This document shows, piece after piece, positions 47,215 to 57,082 of a DNA stretch of 64,000 nucleotides. The stretch is from Deltaproteobacteria bacterium (GTDB lineage Bacteria > Myxococcota_A > Polyangia > Polyangiales > Houyiibacteriaceae), in contig JAXMNT010000007.1 in NCBI GenBank assembly GCA_034670305.1, forward strand, positions 157,236 through 221,235, in the 5' to 3' direction. Each line of letters begins with the position of its first letter. Position 1 is the stretch's first letter. Both the position numbers and the translations under genes were made by a program. The notes below the pieces were generated by a model. That model was not told the origin of the DNA. It worked only from the letters and a program-made list of their open reading frames with translations, and searched no databases.

Positions 47215-47940
47215 GTGAACTGGGTCGATCTGCACAGCCATTACCTGCCGGGCATCGACGACGGGGTGAAGACCGCCGAAGAGGGGGCCGAGCTCTGCCG
47301 CGGGCTGCACTCGATCGGCTTCGGCACCGTGATGGCCACGCCCCACATTCGGACCGCGATGTTCGAGAACCGGGCGCCGGGACTGCGGGCGGCCTACCAG
47401 GCGTTCACCGACCAGTATGCCGATGGCGACGACATGCCGAGCTTGGGGCTCGGCGCCGAACACTTCTTCGACGACATGTTCTGGGGGCTCTTCACCGCGG
47501 GTGAGTCCGTGCCGTACCCGGGCGGGCACGCGGCGCTCGTGGAGTTGCCGCGCGACCGGCTCCCGCTCCGGCTCGAGCACTGCATGTTCGAGATGAAGGT
47601 GAAGAAGGTGCGGCCGGTGCTCGCGCACCCGGAGCGCTACCACCCGTTCTTCAAGTCGACCGATCCGATGGACCCGCTCCTGCGCGCCGGTGCGACGCCG
47701 TTGCTCGACGTGATGTCGTTGACCGGGCACTACGGGCGTCGGCCGCGCAAGACCGCGGAGCGCATGCTGGACGAAGGCGTGTACTTCGCGGCGTGTTCGG
47801 ACGCGCACCGGCCCAAAGACGTGCCGGTGGTCGCGGAGGGAATCGCGCTGCTCCGAAAGCGGGTCGGAGACGAAGAAACCGAGGTTCTTCTGGGAGAGAA
47901 CCCGAGACGGATCCTGGCGGGCGAAGCCGACCTCGTGTAG
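47215..47940 (+). CDS. PHP-family tyrosine phosphatase (CpsB/CapC/YwqE-like)
   Basis: DLHSHYLPGIDDG, ATPH, LAHPERY and SDAH. Confidence 0.93.
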   Translation: MNWVDLHSHYLPGIDDGVKTAEEGAELCRGLHSIGFGTVMATPHIRTAMFENRAPGLRAAYQAFTDQYADGDDMPSLGLGAEHFFDDMFWGLFTAGESVPYPGGHAALVELPRDRLPLRLEHCMFEMKVKKVRPVLAHPERYHPFFKSTDPMDPLLRAGATPLLDVMSLTGHYGRRPRKTAERMLDEGVYFAACSDAHRPKDVPVVAEGIALLRKRVGDEETEVLLGENPRRILAGEADLV

Positions 47941-47953
47941 TGCGACCCTCGCG

Positions 47954-49102
47954 ATGACGGATGGGTCGATGAGCGAGCATTCGAGTGGGGAGCCGGAGCT
48001 CGTGCAAGCGGATTCCGAGGCGCCGGGGTTCGTCCGTCGCATTCTTCCAAAGCTCGTGCTCTCGATCGCACTCGGCGGGGTGTTTGCGTGGCTCGTCGCC
48101 AAGGGTGGGGTGCCGCTCGTCCCGTCCGAAGAGGGCTTTCAGCACGTCGTGTGGTGGACGGTGCCGGCCTACGTCGGCACGCTGATCGTCACACACCTGC
48201 TGCGCGCGACCCGGTGGCGGTTCCTGATCGAGCCGGTGAAACCGCTCCCGCTGAAGGAAGTCATCGGGCTGAACTGGATCGGGTTCTTCGCGATCTTCGC
48301 ACTGCCACTCCGGCTCGGTGAGATGGCGCGGCCGGCGCTGACGAAGCTGCGGCATCAGATCCCGGTCTCGGTCGGCATCGGCACCATCGCGGTCGAGCGG
48401 GTGGTGGACGGACTCGTCGCCAGCGCGTGTGTGGCCTGGGCGCTGTTCGCGCTGCCGCGCCTCGAGACCGACGACCCGCTCGCGCAGGCGCTGCCGTACT
48501 ACGGCTACTTGGCGCTCACCATCTTCGGTGGCGCGTTTGTCGCGCTCGCGTTCTTCCTCTGGCAGCGCGCTTGGGCCACCAAGATGACCCAGTGGGTGTT
48601 CGGATTGGTGAGCAAACGTTTTGGCGCACTGCTCGCCGAGAAGGTGGACGGGGTCGCCGAGGGCATTCGATCGCTGAGCAGCTTGAGGCTCACCGCCGGA
48701 TTCGTCTTCGAGACGCTGCTCTACTGGGGCAGCAACGCCGGCGGCATGTGGCTGCTCGCCTGGGGCTGCGGCATCCCGATGGAGTGGGGCCACGGCATCG
48801 CGGTCATGGGCATCCTCGCGATCGGCATCCTGCTGCCGACCGGCCCTGGGCTCTTCGGGCCGTTCCAGCTCGCGATCTCCACCGCACTCAAGCTGTACTT
48901 CGTGGAGTCCATCGTCGGCACCCAAGGCGCGGTCTACATCTTCCTGATGTACACGATTCAGTGCGTGCTCATCACCCTGGCCGGTGTGGTCCCGCTCTAC
49001 GCGATGAAGCTCAACTTCGCCGACCTGCTCGGCGCCCAGCAAATCAAACAAGGGCTCAGCCGTCCGCCTCCCGCGCCGGCGAGCACCGACGGTTCGGAGT
49101 AG
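47954..49102 (+). CDS. Lysylphosphatidylglycerol-synthase-TM / flippase-like membrane protein
   Basis: LRATRWRFL, LPLRLGEMARP, VERVVDG and LPTGPGLFGPFQ, with multiple TMs. Confidence 0.82.
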   Translation: MTDGSMSEHSSGEPELVQADSEAPGFVRRILPKLVLSIALGGVFAWLVAKGGVPLVPSEEGFQHVVWWTVPAYVGTLIVTHLLRATRWRFLIEPVKPLPLKEVIGLNWIGFFAIFALPLRLGEMARPALTKLRHQIPVSVGIGTIAVERVVDGLVASACVAWALFALPRLETDDPLAQALPYYGYLALTIFGGAFVALAFFLWQRAWATKMTQWVFGLVSKRFGALLAEKVDGVAEGIRSLSSLRLTAGFVFETLLYWGSNAGGMWLLAWGCGIPMEWGHGIAVMGILAIGILLPTGPGLFGPFQLAISTALKLYFVESIVGTQGAVYIFLMYTIQCVLITLAGVVPLYAMKLNFADLLGAQQIKQGLSRPPPAPASTDGSE

Positions 49103-49105
49103 ACG

Positions 49106-50053
49106 ATGGCGACCACGAAGAAGCTGCGGAAGAAGAAGGCTGCCCGAAAGCTCGCAGCCAAACGCGCGCGCGAGGCGGAGCAGGCGGCCGCCATGGACTC
49201 CGCGATGCTCCAAGACGCCATCGCTCAGTTCAGCGCGATGGTCGGTCAGTTCGGCGCGGACGGCATGCCACTCGAAGGCGAACCACCCGAGTTCGGCTGG
49301 ACCGCCGCCGACTACGAAGCCCAGGTCGTGGTGGCCGAGATGCGCGAGTCGAGGGATCACTCGGAACGACAGCGGCTGGCGAAGAAGGCGATCGGGATCT
49401 CCGCCCACTGCGCGGACGCGCTGATCATCCTGGCCACCGAGAGCGACCACCCGCTCGAGAAGGTCATCACGGAACTCCGCAAAGCGGTGCGGGCGGCGGC
49501 CGACCAGCTCGGTCCCAAGGTCTTCGAGACCCATCCCGGATATTTCTGGACCCTCGACGAAACCCGCCCGTTCATGCGCGCGATGGAGCGGCTCGCGTTC
49601 TACGTCGCCGCCGTCGACCCCCGCGAGTCGATCGAGATCTACCGGGAGTTGATCCGGCTCGACCCCCGCGACCACCAGGGGAACCGCTACGAGCTGATCG
49701 CGCATCTCATCGGCGAAGCCATGGACGAGGTCGCCGAAGCGCTCTTGGCGGCGTACGACGACGAGACGGGCGCGATGTGGACCTACTCGCGCGCGCTCCT
49801 CCACTTCCGGCGCGAGGGTGAGACCGACGCGAGCGTGCTCACCGGCATCCGGGCGCTCAAATCCAACCCGCACGTGCCCGCGCTGCTCTTCGCCGACCAG
49901 CCGCCGACCCCGCAGGTGGACAGCTTCTCACCGGGCGACGAGAACGAAGCGATGCTCTACGCCGACATCTGCCACCCGCTCTGGAAGTACACCGACGGAG
50001 CCCGCACGTACCTCCGGACCGTGGTCGAACGAAGCACGCTGAAGACCGTATAG
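49106..50053 (+). CDS. Hypothetical alpha-helical (TPR-like) protein
   Basis: FWTLDETRPFMRA, LIRLDPRDHQGNRY and ALKSNPHVP, with typical codon usage. Confidence 0.75.
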   Translation: MATTKKLRKKKAARKLAAKRAREAEQAAAMDSAMLQDAIAQFSAMVGQFGADGMPLEGEPPEFGWTAADYEAQVVVAEMRESRDHSERQRLAKKAIGISAHCADALIILATESDHPLEKVITELRKAVRAAADQLGPKVFETHPGYFWTLDETRPFMRAMERLAFYVAAVDPRESIEIYRELIRLDPRDHQGNRYELIAHLIGEAMDEVAEALLAAYDDETGAMWTYSRALLHFRREGETDASVLTGIRALKSNPHVPALLFADQPPTPQVDSFSPGDENEAMLYADICHPLWKYTDGARTYLRTVVERSTLKTV

Positions 50054-50090
50054 AAAAAGGCCGCGTCCTTTCGGAGGCGGCCTTTGTTCT
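50054..50090. terminator. Probable bidirectional intrinsic terminator between convergent genes
   Basis: AAAGGCCGC-G-TCC / TTTC loop / GGA-G-GCGGCCTTT, with an A run to the left and a T-rich tail to the right. Confidence 0.75.
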
Positions 50091-50111
50091 TGGGGCACTG
50101 CCCTGGAGAGC

Positions 50112-50768
50112 TCAGCTCTCTTCGGGGGGGGTCACCGCTTCGAGGGTGTCGTGGCCGTGGTAGTCGAGGAGGCCTTCGGAGTTGTTGAAGCCTGCGGAGG
50201 ACATCCGGCTGAATCGGCCGCGGAGCTTGATCTTGTTGCCGATGAGGAGGTCGACGGGGATGGGGTACATGCCGGTCTCGACCAGGCGGCCGGTGACGGG
50301 GTCCACTTCCGGCTCGCGGCCGCGCTCGTGTTCTTCGATCGCGTCGTCGATCTGCTGCTGGTTCTCGGCGTAGCCGACCACCATGAGCATCTCGCCGCGC
50401 TTGTCCTGCAGCTCCGACTCCGGGATGCGGGTGTCCGCGACCCAGAAGTGCGGCGCCGAGATGCGGCAGCCGGCGGAGCGGGGCTCACAGTCCGGCGGGG
50501 TGTAGATGTCGACGACGTAGCCGGTCACGACCTGCGAGTTGTCGATGGTCGTGCTCAACCGCGCCCGCAGCCCGTAGATGCTGTAGCTGCTGTCGGGGTA
50601 GGTGGTCGGATGCGGTGGCGGCGGCAAGGTCGGCACCGACGGCAAGTTCGGCTGAACCTCTGGCAAACGCTCGACCTGAAGATCGGTGGCGGGATCCCCA
50701 CAGCCCATCGCGGCGGTGAGCAACGCGAGGATTGAGAGGGTGAAAGTCGGTTTGATGTGGAATTTCAT
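50112..50768 (-). CDS. Hypothetical lipoprotein
   Basis: Signal peptide ending AAMGC, Pro-rich linker and strongly biased codon usage. Confidence 0.75.
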   Translation of the reverse strand: MKFHIKPTFTLSILALLTAAMGCGDPATDLQVERLPEVQPNLPSVPTLPPPPHPTTYPDSSYSIYGLRARLSTTIDNSQVVTGYVVDIYTPPDCEPRSAGCRISAPHFWVADTRIPESELQDKRGEMLMVVGYAENQQQIDDAIEEHERGREPEVDPVTGRLVETGMYPIPVDLLIGNKIKLRGRFSRMSSAGFNNSEGLLDYHGHDTLEAVTPPEES

Positions 50769-50877
50769 GGCCGTAGGACCCCACGAGAATGCCCGTGATC
50801 AGGTCGGCCGGACCCTACCACGGCTCAAAAGCGCCAAACAACACCTAGAAGCGCCCTGGCTCGAACCGGCGCCCGAG

Positions 50878-53277
50878 TCACTCGCGGGTGCAAGGCGCCA
50901 CGCGCACGCGGCCCTCGGCGGCCATGCGCAACGCGGGTGGCGCGCCGTGGCGGCTCGCGTGGGCCACGACGGCGAGGGCCTCTTCGGTGCCGAGGGAGAG
51001 CAACGCCAACATCGCCTCGCCCGCCACATCCAGATCCGGCGCCCAGGCATCCGGTTTGAGGGCCCGAGCGACGACCACTTCCAGGGTCTCGACCGCATCG
51101 GCCCGGCACATCGCCCGGATGTAGTGCACGCCTGCGGTCACGACCTCGGGCCATTCCCCGTCGTCCCTCATGCGGGCGTCGATCCGTGGCCACGCTTCTG
51201 GATCCTGGGCTTCGGTGGCGGTCTGGATCGCGGCGGCACGCACCCCGCGGGCCGGATCGGTGATGGCGGCATGCACGACCGGGTGGGCCCGGACCGACGC
51301 CTCCAAGCCTCGGACCCCGGCCTCGCGTACGAGCGGCCAGGTGTCCCGGCGGGCGAGCGTGGCGACCCGTTCGACTTCGTTGCCCTCGAGGCCGAGCCTT
51401 GCCAGCGCTTCGATCGCGGCGACCCGCACCCGAGGGGTGTCGTCGCTGGTCGCCCGCCGCGCCGTGGCGCGGGCTCCGTCCCCGCCCCGAACCCCAAGCG
51501 CCGCCACGGCCACCGACCGCATCATCCATTCGTCTGCGCTCGCTTGGCTGGTCAGCCAGCGGTTCGTCGGCACGTCGGCTGGCAGGCGCGCGGCCGCCAA
51601 GGCGAGTCGCCAGCGGTCCACGAACTCGACCACGTGCGGCGCCGTCGCCGCGGCGAGCAGCGCGGCTTGGTTTCGCAGGGGCGCTTCGTCGGAACCGGCC
51701 AACGCGAGGGTCGCGCTCGCCCGCGCGTGCACGGGCGCTTGCCAGTCCGCGAGTGCGTTCAAGTCGCCGCCGCGCTCGAACGCGGTTCGAAGCGCCCGTC
51801 GGAGTTCGGGTCGTTCTGGGTCGGCCGCCATGGTTGCGAGGATCGGCGCGACGGCCTCCGCGCCATCGAGCCGCGCAAGCCGCAGGGCCCCTTCGTCTCC
51901 TGGCCCACCCGGCACCGGCACGAGCGCGGCGAGCACCGGCACACTCGACTCCGCACCCGCAAGCGCGGCTGCGCGTACGCCCGCGTCCGGATCCACCGCC
52001 GCTTGAAGCAGGGCTTCCTGCGCGTCTTGGTGGGGGAGCGCCGCGGCGAAGATCGACGTCGCGAGGAGCCGTTCGCCCGCGGGCATGTCCGGCCAGCGCG
52101 CGAGCAGCGGCGCCACGACCGGCGCGCCAACCCCGGAGAGCAACCTCGCCGCTGTGGCGGCCCGCTCGCCCCCGCCCGCCAGGCGCGCGATGAGTGTGTC
52201 GAGGCCACCGCCGAACTCGATGTCCGTGTAGACATCGAACGACGCAAACCCCGTGTGCGGACCGAAGGTCTCTTCGACCACCAGCGAGAGACAGCGGGTG
52301 CGCAGCGGTTCGGGCACCGGAATGAAGACGCGCGTTCCGGGCGCGGGGACCTCGGCCAGTTGAACCCGCAGCCGGCCTTCGTCGTACGCGATCCAGAACG
52401 CCTTGGGGGGCGTGACGTCCGCGCGGTCGGCGGTGCGAAACGCCAGCGCGCGGATCGGGAGGTCGGGCGCCGTCCACTCGGTGGTGACAAACGCCCAGGT
52501 GCCTGGGCCACCTTGGCCTTCCACCCAGGCCGTCATGGGATCGTGATCGACGAGCGGCAGCGGCGGTGGTGTGAGCGCGGGTGGGGTGCCGAGGGAGGAG
52601 GACGCGCTGCGTGCCGCCAGCGCGCGCACGAGCGGTTCGTCGAGGTTGGTTCCCTCGGGTGGCGTGAGCGTGGCTTGCAGCATGGGCTCGGAACCGCTGG
52701 TGACGAGGGTTCGCAAGCTCACCGAACGAAGCGCGCCGCTTTGGGGGTCGAACGCCCGTGGATCGATCAACGCATCGGTCGAACCGCAGACCACCCGCGA
52801 CTCATCGACGAACCCGACCACGAGGTCGGGTGTGCCGTCGCCGGTCCGGTCTTCGAACGAGACGACGTCGCGGCGGCGCTCGCCCCGGTCGCCGGTCCAG
52901 TCGGCCCGCCCTTCGAAGAGGATCTCTGGCGTGGAACGCGGGGTGTGCACCAGGAGCACGTGGCGTCGATCGCCGGCGTCGATTTCGATCTTCGCGATCT
53001 TGTGGCGCCCGACCTGAAGCACCTCGCTCCGCACTGCGAGCGGCACGCCCGGCAAGGTGCGCTCGACCCGCGTGCCGGCCCGCAGCCGGACCACGGTATG
53101 CGCGGTCTCGCCAACCGGTCGAACTTCCTCGACCTCGAGCGTGGTCGCGCGGCGGAGCGCGAGCCGAGTCGACGAAGCGAAGGGTTCGGCGGGTTCCGCG
53201 GTCATCCTCGGTTGGGCGATGCCGACGGACGAGACCCCAACGAGCGCACTCAACGCGGCGGCTTGAACGAATCGCAT
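50878..53277 (-). CDS. Secreted protein with C-terminal HEAT repeats
   Basis: Signal peptide MRFVQAAALSALVGVSSVGIA, DRTGDGTPDLVVG, LVDHDPMTAWVEG and repeats of DPDAGVRAAA / DDTPRVRVAA / DPARGVRAAA. Confidence 0.78.
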   Translation of the reverse strand: MRFVQAAALSALVGVSSVGIAQPRMTAEPAEPFASSTRLALRRATTLEVEEVRPVGETAHTVVRLRAGTRVERTLPGVPLAVRSEVLQVGRHKIAKIEIDAGDRRHVLLVHTPRSTPEILFEGRADWTGDRGERRRDVVSFEDRTGDGTPDLVVGFVDESRVVCGSTDALIDPRAFDPQSGALRSVSLRTLVTSGSEPMLQATLTPPEGTNLDEPLVRALAARSASSSLGTPPALTPPPLPLVDHDPMTAWVEGQGGPGTWAFVTTEWTAPDLPIRALAFRTADRADVTPPKAFWIAYDEGRLRVQLAEVPAPGTRVFIPVPEPLRTRCLSLVVEETFGPHTGFASFDVYTDIEFGGGLDTLIARLAGGGERAATAARLLSGVGAPVVAPLLARWPDMPAGERLLATSIFAAALPHQDAQEALLQAAVDPDAGVRAAALAGAESSVPVLAALVPVPGGPGDEGALRLARLDGAEAVAPILATMAADPERPELRRALRTAFERGGDLNALADWQAPVHARASATLALAGSDEAPLRNQAALLAAATAPHVVEFVDRWRLALAAARLPADVPTNRWLTSQASADEWMMRSVAVAALGVRGGDGARATARRATSDDTPRVRVAAIEALARLGLEGNEVERVATLARRDTWPLVREAGVRGLEASVRAHPVVHAAITDPARGVRAAAIQTATEAQDPEAWPRIDARMRDDGEWPEVVTAGVHYIRAMCRADAVETLEVVVARALKPDAWAPDLDVAGEAMLALLSLGTEEALAVVAHASRHGAPPALRMAAEGRVRVAPCTRE

Positions 53278-53317
53278 GACCGCCGTGTAGCACGGCGTGC
53301 GCTCGATGAGCATCGGC

Positions 53318-54811
53318 TCAGCGGTGGCCTTCGAAGCCGCGGCGGGAATCGTACTTGTAGAAGATGAGGTCCCCCGCCGCGATCTCGAAGCTGACTTCAC
53401 CGCCGCGGATCGGGACCGTCTCGACCGCGCCCGACTCGGTCAAGACCAGCAACTGCGAGGTCGCGAAAGGCCCCGGCGTCGCGAAGTCGAACGTGAGCGT
53501 GACCTCGGTGGACTCCGTGCCCTTCGTCGGGAAGGTGCCGTGTTCGTGGTTCGGGTTCATCACCATCACGTAGGGGTCGCCGAAGCGGTCTTCGAAGAAT
53601 CCGAGCAAGACATCTTGGAAGAACGCGGCGCCGCCTTCGGTTCGCACGCCGCTCAGGAACGGATCGCCGCCGGTGCCAGGCGCCCACTCGGGAAATCCAT
53701 CCGGCGGATGCTCGCCTGCGAGTGGCGCTTCGGTGAACCAGCCGACGCCGGTCGAACGAAGGCGCGATTGCGCGCGCCCATAGACGAGCAGGGCCTGGTT
53801 GATGCGGGCCGCCATCTCGAAGCGCGGGGTGCGCGCGGCGGCCCAGTTCTCGGTCTCCGCGAAGAAGGTCGTGGGAATGCCTTCGGCGTCGCCGCCGACC
53901 ACGTTGTAGAGAAACCACGTGTGGCCGGTGTAGCCGGCGAGCAGTCCGCTGAACGCATCCCAGCGCATGTCGGTCTCTGCGAGCACGATGTCGTCCTCCC
54001 GGTCCGTGTCCGACTCGTAGCCCTTGAGGTACCGCCAATAGGGCACGCCGCAGTCGAGCGCGGCCTGGCGGAACTTCATCATGTTGGTGAACTGGCCGTT
54101 GCCGAACGAGTAGTGGTCGTACGCGACAACGTCCATGTGCCCGCCTGCGCACGCTTCGGCGAGGAAGGCGTCGAGCTCCGGCGCGAGGAACGTGAAGTTG
54201 AAGATGCGAAGCGGCTCTGGATCCGCGGCGGCGACTCGGGCGAGCCCGGCCATGATCTGATCGAAGTGTTCGCGGGTGCGGGGCTCGTCGCCGACTTGGT
54301 AGCCGATGAGTCCGGGCGGTCGCGGCGCGCCCCCGAGCAGCATGCCGTTCTCGCTCGAGTTGCCGTTCGAATCGACCCAGCTCAACCAGCGCAGCGAACG
54401 CGCCGAAGTCCAGCCCGCGATCGCGGTGGGCATGCCGGTCTGCCAGAGATGCGCGGCGGTCGCACCGAAGTCGTCGACGTAGTCGTGGACGGCGTCTGCG
54501 GGCGGCGCCCCCATGCGGACGGAGAGCGCCGAGATCATCGGGTCGTTGTTGCGCACCCAGCTCCAACCTCGACTGCGTGGCCACGCGGCGGGAAAGTCGG
54601 GCAGCGGACCAGTGTCGAGGCGCGGTCCCGCGTCGACCGGCGGTCCGACATCAACCGATGGAACGTCGACCGCTGGAGCGTCCGGCAAGGGTGCGTCCGC
54701 GCCGTCGATCGCGGCATCCACGGATCCCCCGTCCGGCACGCCATCGTCGTCTCCGCACGCGAACGACAGCCCAGCAAGAAACAGCAAGAGAGGACCCGCG
54801 CGCGTTGCCAT
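53318..54811 (-). CDS. Lipoprotein with possible glycoside-hydrolase-like barrel
   Basis: Lipobox-like SFAC, DA/DG-rich linker, GYQVGDEP and DVVAYDHY. Start at ATG 54811; the supplied N-terminal extension is repeat translation. Confidence 0.65.
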   Translation of the reverse strand: MATRAGPLLLFLAGLSFACGDDDGVPDGGSVDAAIDGADAPLPDAPAVDVPSVDVGPPVDAGPRLDTGPLPDFPAAWPRSRGWSWVRNNDPMISALSVRMGAPPADAVHDYVDDFGATAAHLWQTGMPTAIAGWTSARSLRWLSWVDSNGNSSENGMLLGGAPRPPGLIGYQVGDEPRTREHFDQIMAGLARVAAADPEPLRIFNFTFLAPELDAFLAEACAGGHMDVVAYDHYSFGNGQFTNMMKFRQAALDCGVPYWRYLKGYESDTDREDDIVLAETDMRWDAFSGLLAGYTGHTWFLYNVVGGDAEGIPTTFFAETENWAAARTPRFEMAARINQALLVYGRAQSRLRSTGVGWFTEAPLAGEHPPDGFPEWAPGTGGDPFLSGVRTEGGAAFFQDVLLGFFEDRFGDPYVMVMNPNHEHGTFPTKGTESTEVTLTFDFATPGPFATSQLLVLTESGAVETVPIRGGEVSFEIAAGDLIFYKYDSRRGFEGHR

Positions 54812-54850
54812 AGGCGCCCAACCTCGCCGACCCCCGCAGGAAACACAACC

Positions 54851-55157
54851 TCGGCGTCGGCCGGCTTCGGTCTCGGCTTCGGGGTCGGCTTCGGGGTCGG
54901 CTTCGGGGTCGGCTTCGGTGTCGGCTTCGGTGTCGGCTTCGGGGTCGGCTTCGGCTTTCAGTTTCGGTTCCATCAGCGGCAGCATCAGCGGCAGCATCAG
55001 CGGCAGCATCAGCGGCAGCATCAGCGGCAGCATCAGCGGCAGCATCAGCGGCAGCATCAGCGGCAGCATCAGCGGCAGCATCAGCGGCAGCATCAGCCTC
55101 AGAAGCAGCCGCAGAAGCAGCATCACTGGCAGGGGCTCGGCGTCGGCTTCAGCGTCG
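54851..55157. repeat. Composite intergenic tandem repeat: (TCGGCTTCGGKG)n followed by 10 perfect copies of CATCAGCGGCAG (54971-55090)
   Basis: Directly visible. Confidence 0.97.
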
Positions 55158-55169
55158 CGCGACGAACAT

Positions 55170-55203
55170 AAAAAAGCGGGGCCGCCCTAAGGCTGCCCCG
55201 CTT
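55170..55203 (-). terminator. Intrinsic terminator downstream of the sigma factor gene
   Basis: Minus strand AAGCGGGGCAGCC-TTAG-GGCGGCCCCGCTT followed by TTTT. Confidence 0.8.
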
Positions 55204-55252
55204 CCGATTGTTCACTGCGTGAAGTGAGACCCACGTGTCCGTGGGCTGGCCC

Positions 55253-56536
55253 TCACTCCTTGATCTGGCGGCGAATCTTGCCGAGCGCCTGCTCCTGGAG
55301 CTGACGGATGCGCTCGCGGGAGAGGTTGTACTTGTCGCCGATTTCCTTGAGCGTGAGCTCGTCCTCGTCGTCCAGGCCGAAGCGCCAGCGAAGGATGCGG
55401 GCTTCCATCGGGGTCAAGGTGTCGAGCAGGCGGCGGACTTCGTCGGCCCACTTGCGGCTCACGAGCGACTCGTACGGGGTCGGCACGTTCTCGGCTTCGA
55501 GGAAGTCGATGAACTTGCGGCCGTCTTCGTCGTTGACCGGGCGGTCGAGCGAGAAGGGCGTCTCGGCCCAGTAGCCCTTGATCTTCTCGAGCTTCTCGGC
55601 AGCGATGCCGGTCTCCTTCTCGAGCTCCTCGGGCGTCGGCTCCTTGCCGGTGCGGGTCGCGATGGCCTGGGTGGCGCGGGCCACTCGGTTGTACGTGTCC
55701 AGCATGTGGACCGGGATGCGCACGGCGCGGCCCTTGTCGGCGAGCGCGCGGCTGATGGCGTGGCGAATCCACCAGGAGGCGTAGGTCGAGAAGCGGTACC
55801 CACGGTTGTGGTCGAAGCGCTCGACGGCCTTCATGAGGCCGATGTTGCCTTCTTGAATCAGGTCGATGAGGGGCAGGCGGCCGCGGTTGTAGCGGCGGGC
55901 GATGCTGACGACGAGGCGAAGGTTCGCGGCGACGAAGCGGTTCTTGGCGCGCTGCTGTGCCCGGCGGCCGCGACCGACGATCTTGAGGTAGGACTTGAAG
56001 GCCGGCGTGATGCGAATCTCGTCGCCTTCGACGTCGCGCTCGTGGGCGTGCTCACCGACGAGACGGTGCACGGCCTTGTCGGCTTCCTGGACGAAGAGGC
56101 GGTCGCTGTCGACGGCGCGAAGAAGGGTGGAGGCTTCTTTGACGAGCCCGTCCCACTTGACCTGCTGGCGCTTGCCGAGCTTGCCTCGCTTGGCGCTCTT
56201 GGCGAGCTTCCGAAGGGGCACGAGCTGCGCGATGGGCTCTTCGACCACGTTGCGCTCGATGACGCTCGCGACGGTCTCGAAACAGGGCGGGTACGACAGC
56301 AGCGCTTCCCAGTAGGCGATCTCGAGCTGCTCGACCTTGCGGGCGGCTTCGATCTCTTCTTGGGGCGTCAGGACCCGGTGACAGGCCATCTCGCGGAAGT
56401 AACGCGAGAGGGTGGAGTCGCCTGCGCCTTGGCGCTCGAGCTCCTTGAGGGCCTTCTCCGCCTCGGTCTTCGCCTTCGCAAGCTGCTCGGCGTTCGGGTC
56501 GGTGGTGTCGGAAACTTTGAGTGCGGTCTTCGCCAT
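55253..56536 (-). CDS. RNA polymerase sigma-70 factor, RpoD/RpoS-like, lacking region 1.1 (group 2 type)
   Basis: YFREM...[47 protein letters not shown] and TLKEIG...LSRERIRQL. Purine-rich RBS before ATG 56536. Confidence 0.93.
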   Translation of the reverse strand: MAKTALKVSDTTDPNAEQLAKAKTEAEKALKELERQGAGDSTLSRYFREMACHRVLTPQEEIEAARKVEQLEIAYWEALLSYPPCFETVASVIERNVVEEPIAQLVPLRKLAKSAKRGKLGKRQQVKWDGLVKEASTLLRAVDSDRLFVQEADKAVHRLVGEHAHERDVEGDEIRITPAFKSYLKIVGRGRRAQQRAKNRFVAANLRLVVSIARRYNRGRLPLIDLIQEGNIGLMKAVERFDHNRGYRFSTYASWWIRHAISRALADKGRAVRIPVHMLDTYNRVARATQAIATRTGKEPTPEELEKETGIAAEKLEKIKGYWAETPFSLDRPVNDEDGRKFIDFLEAENVPTPYESLVSRKWADEVRRLLDTLTPMEARILRWRFGLDDEDELTLKEIGDKYNLSRERIRQLQEQALGKIRRQIKE

Positions 56537-57082
56537 GGTGTCTCTCTTCCTCTGGCCGTCTTCGCTGTAGGGGGAGTGCGAAGAGTGGGAGGGCCGGAGG
56601 TCTGGGGTTTGCGGCGCCCCCCATCGAGGACGCCTGAACAATCGGTGACCCATCCCTCTGCATGCGGTGTGCCGAGGTGTGCAGCCGGGTTGCGGTGGGT
56701 ACACGGGTGTGCAAACGCCCGCGATCTTGGGTGGTGGTTCGGTGTTCGGGTGTGCAAAAAACCTGGGGCACGTTTCGAGATCGGAAAGCCCCTTTCGAGA
56801 ATGAACCGCAAACAGCGGACGAAACGCACAGGGCGAGGGCGAGCACCCACAGATCTGGCCGCCGTGGGTGACTCCCCACAGCCACCGGCCACTCGAGTCG
56901 CCACCTCTGGCCGATCCACTAGCCAGTCACGCGCCGGGTGGCGGATCGAGTAGCCGGCTGGCTGGCGCCCAGTGTCTCCGTTGGGGGCTTGCGTCGCCAC
57001 CTCCGGCCTTTCGCGCCAAGTGCTGCGCACTTTGACAGTCTTCGACGCTTTGACAGCGCACTCGACTTGTCACCGACGCAGG

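Noticed and set aside
54812-55126. (MLPL)n / (EADP)n N-terminal extension of the lipoprotein
   Set aside because: It is repeat-derived and would bury the signal peptide. ATG 54811 gives a normal lipoprotein start.
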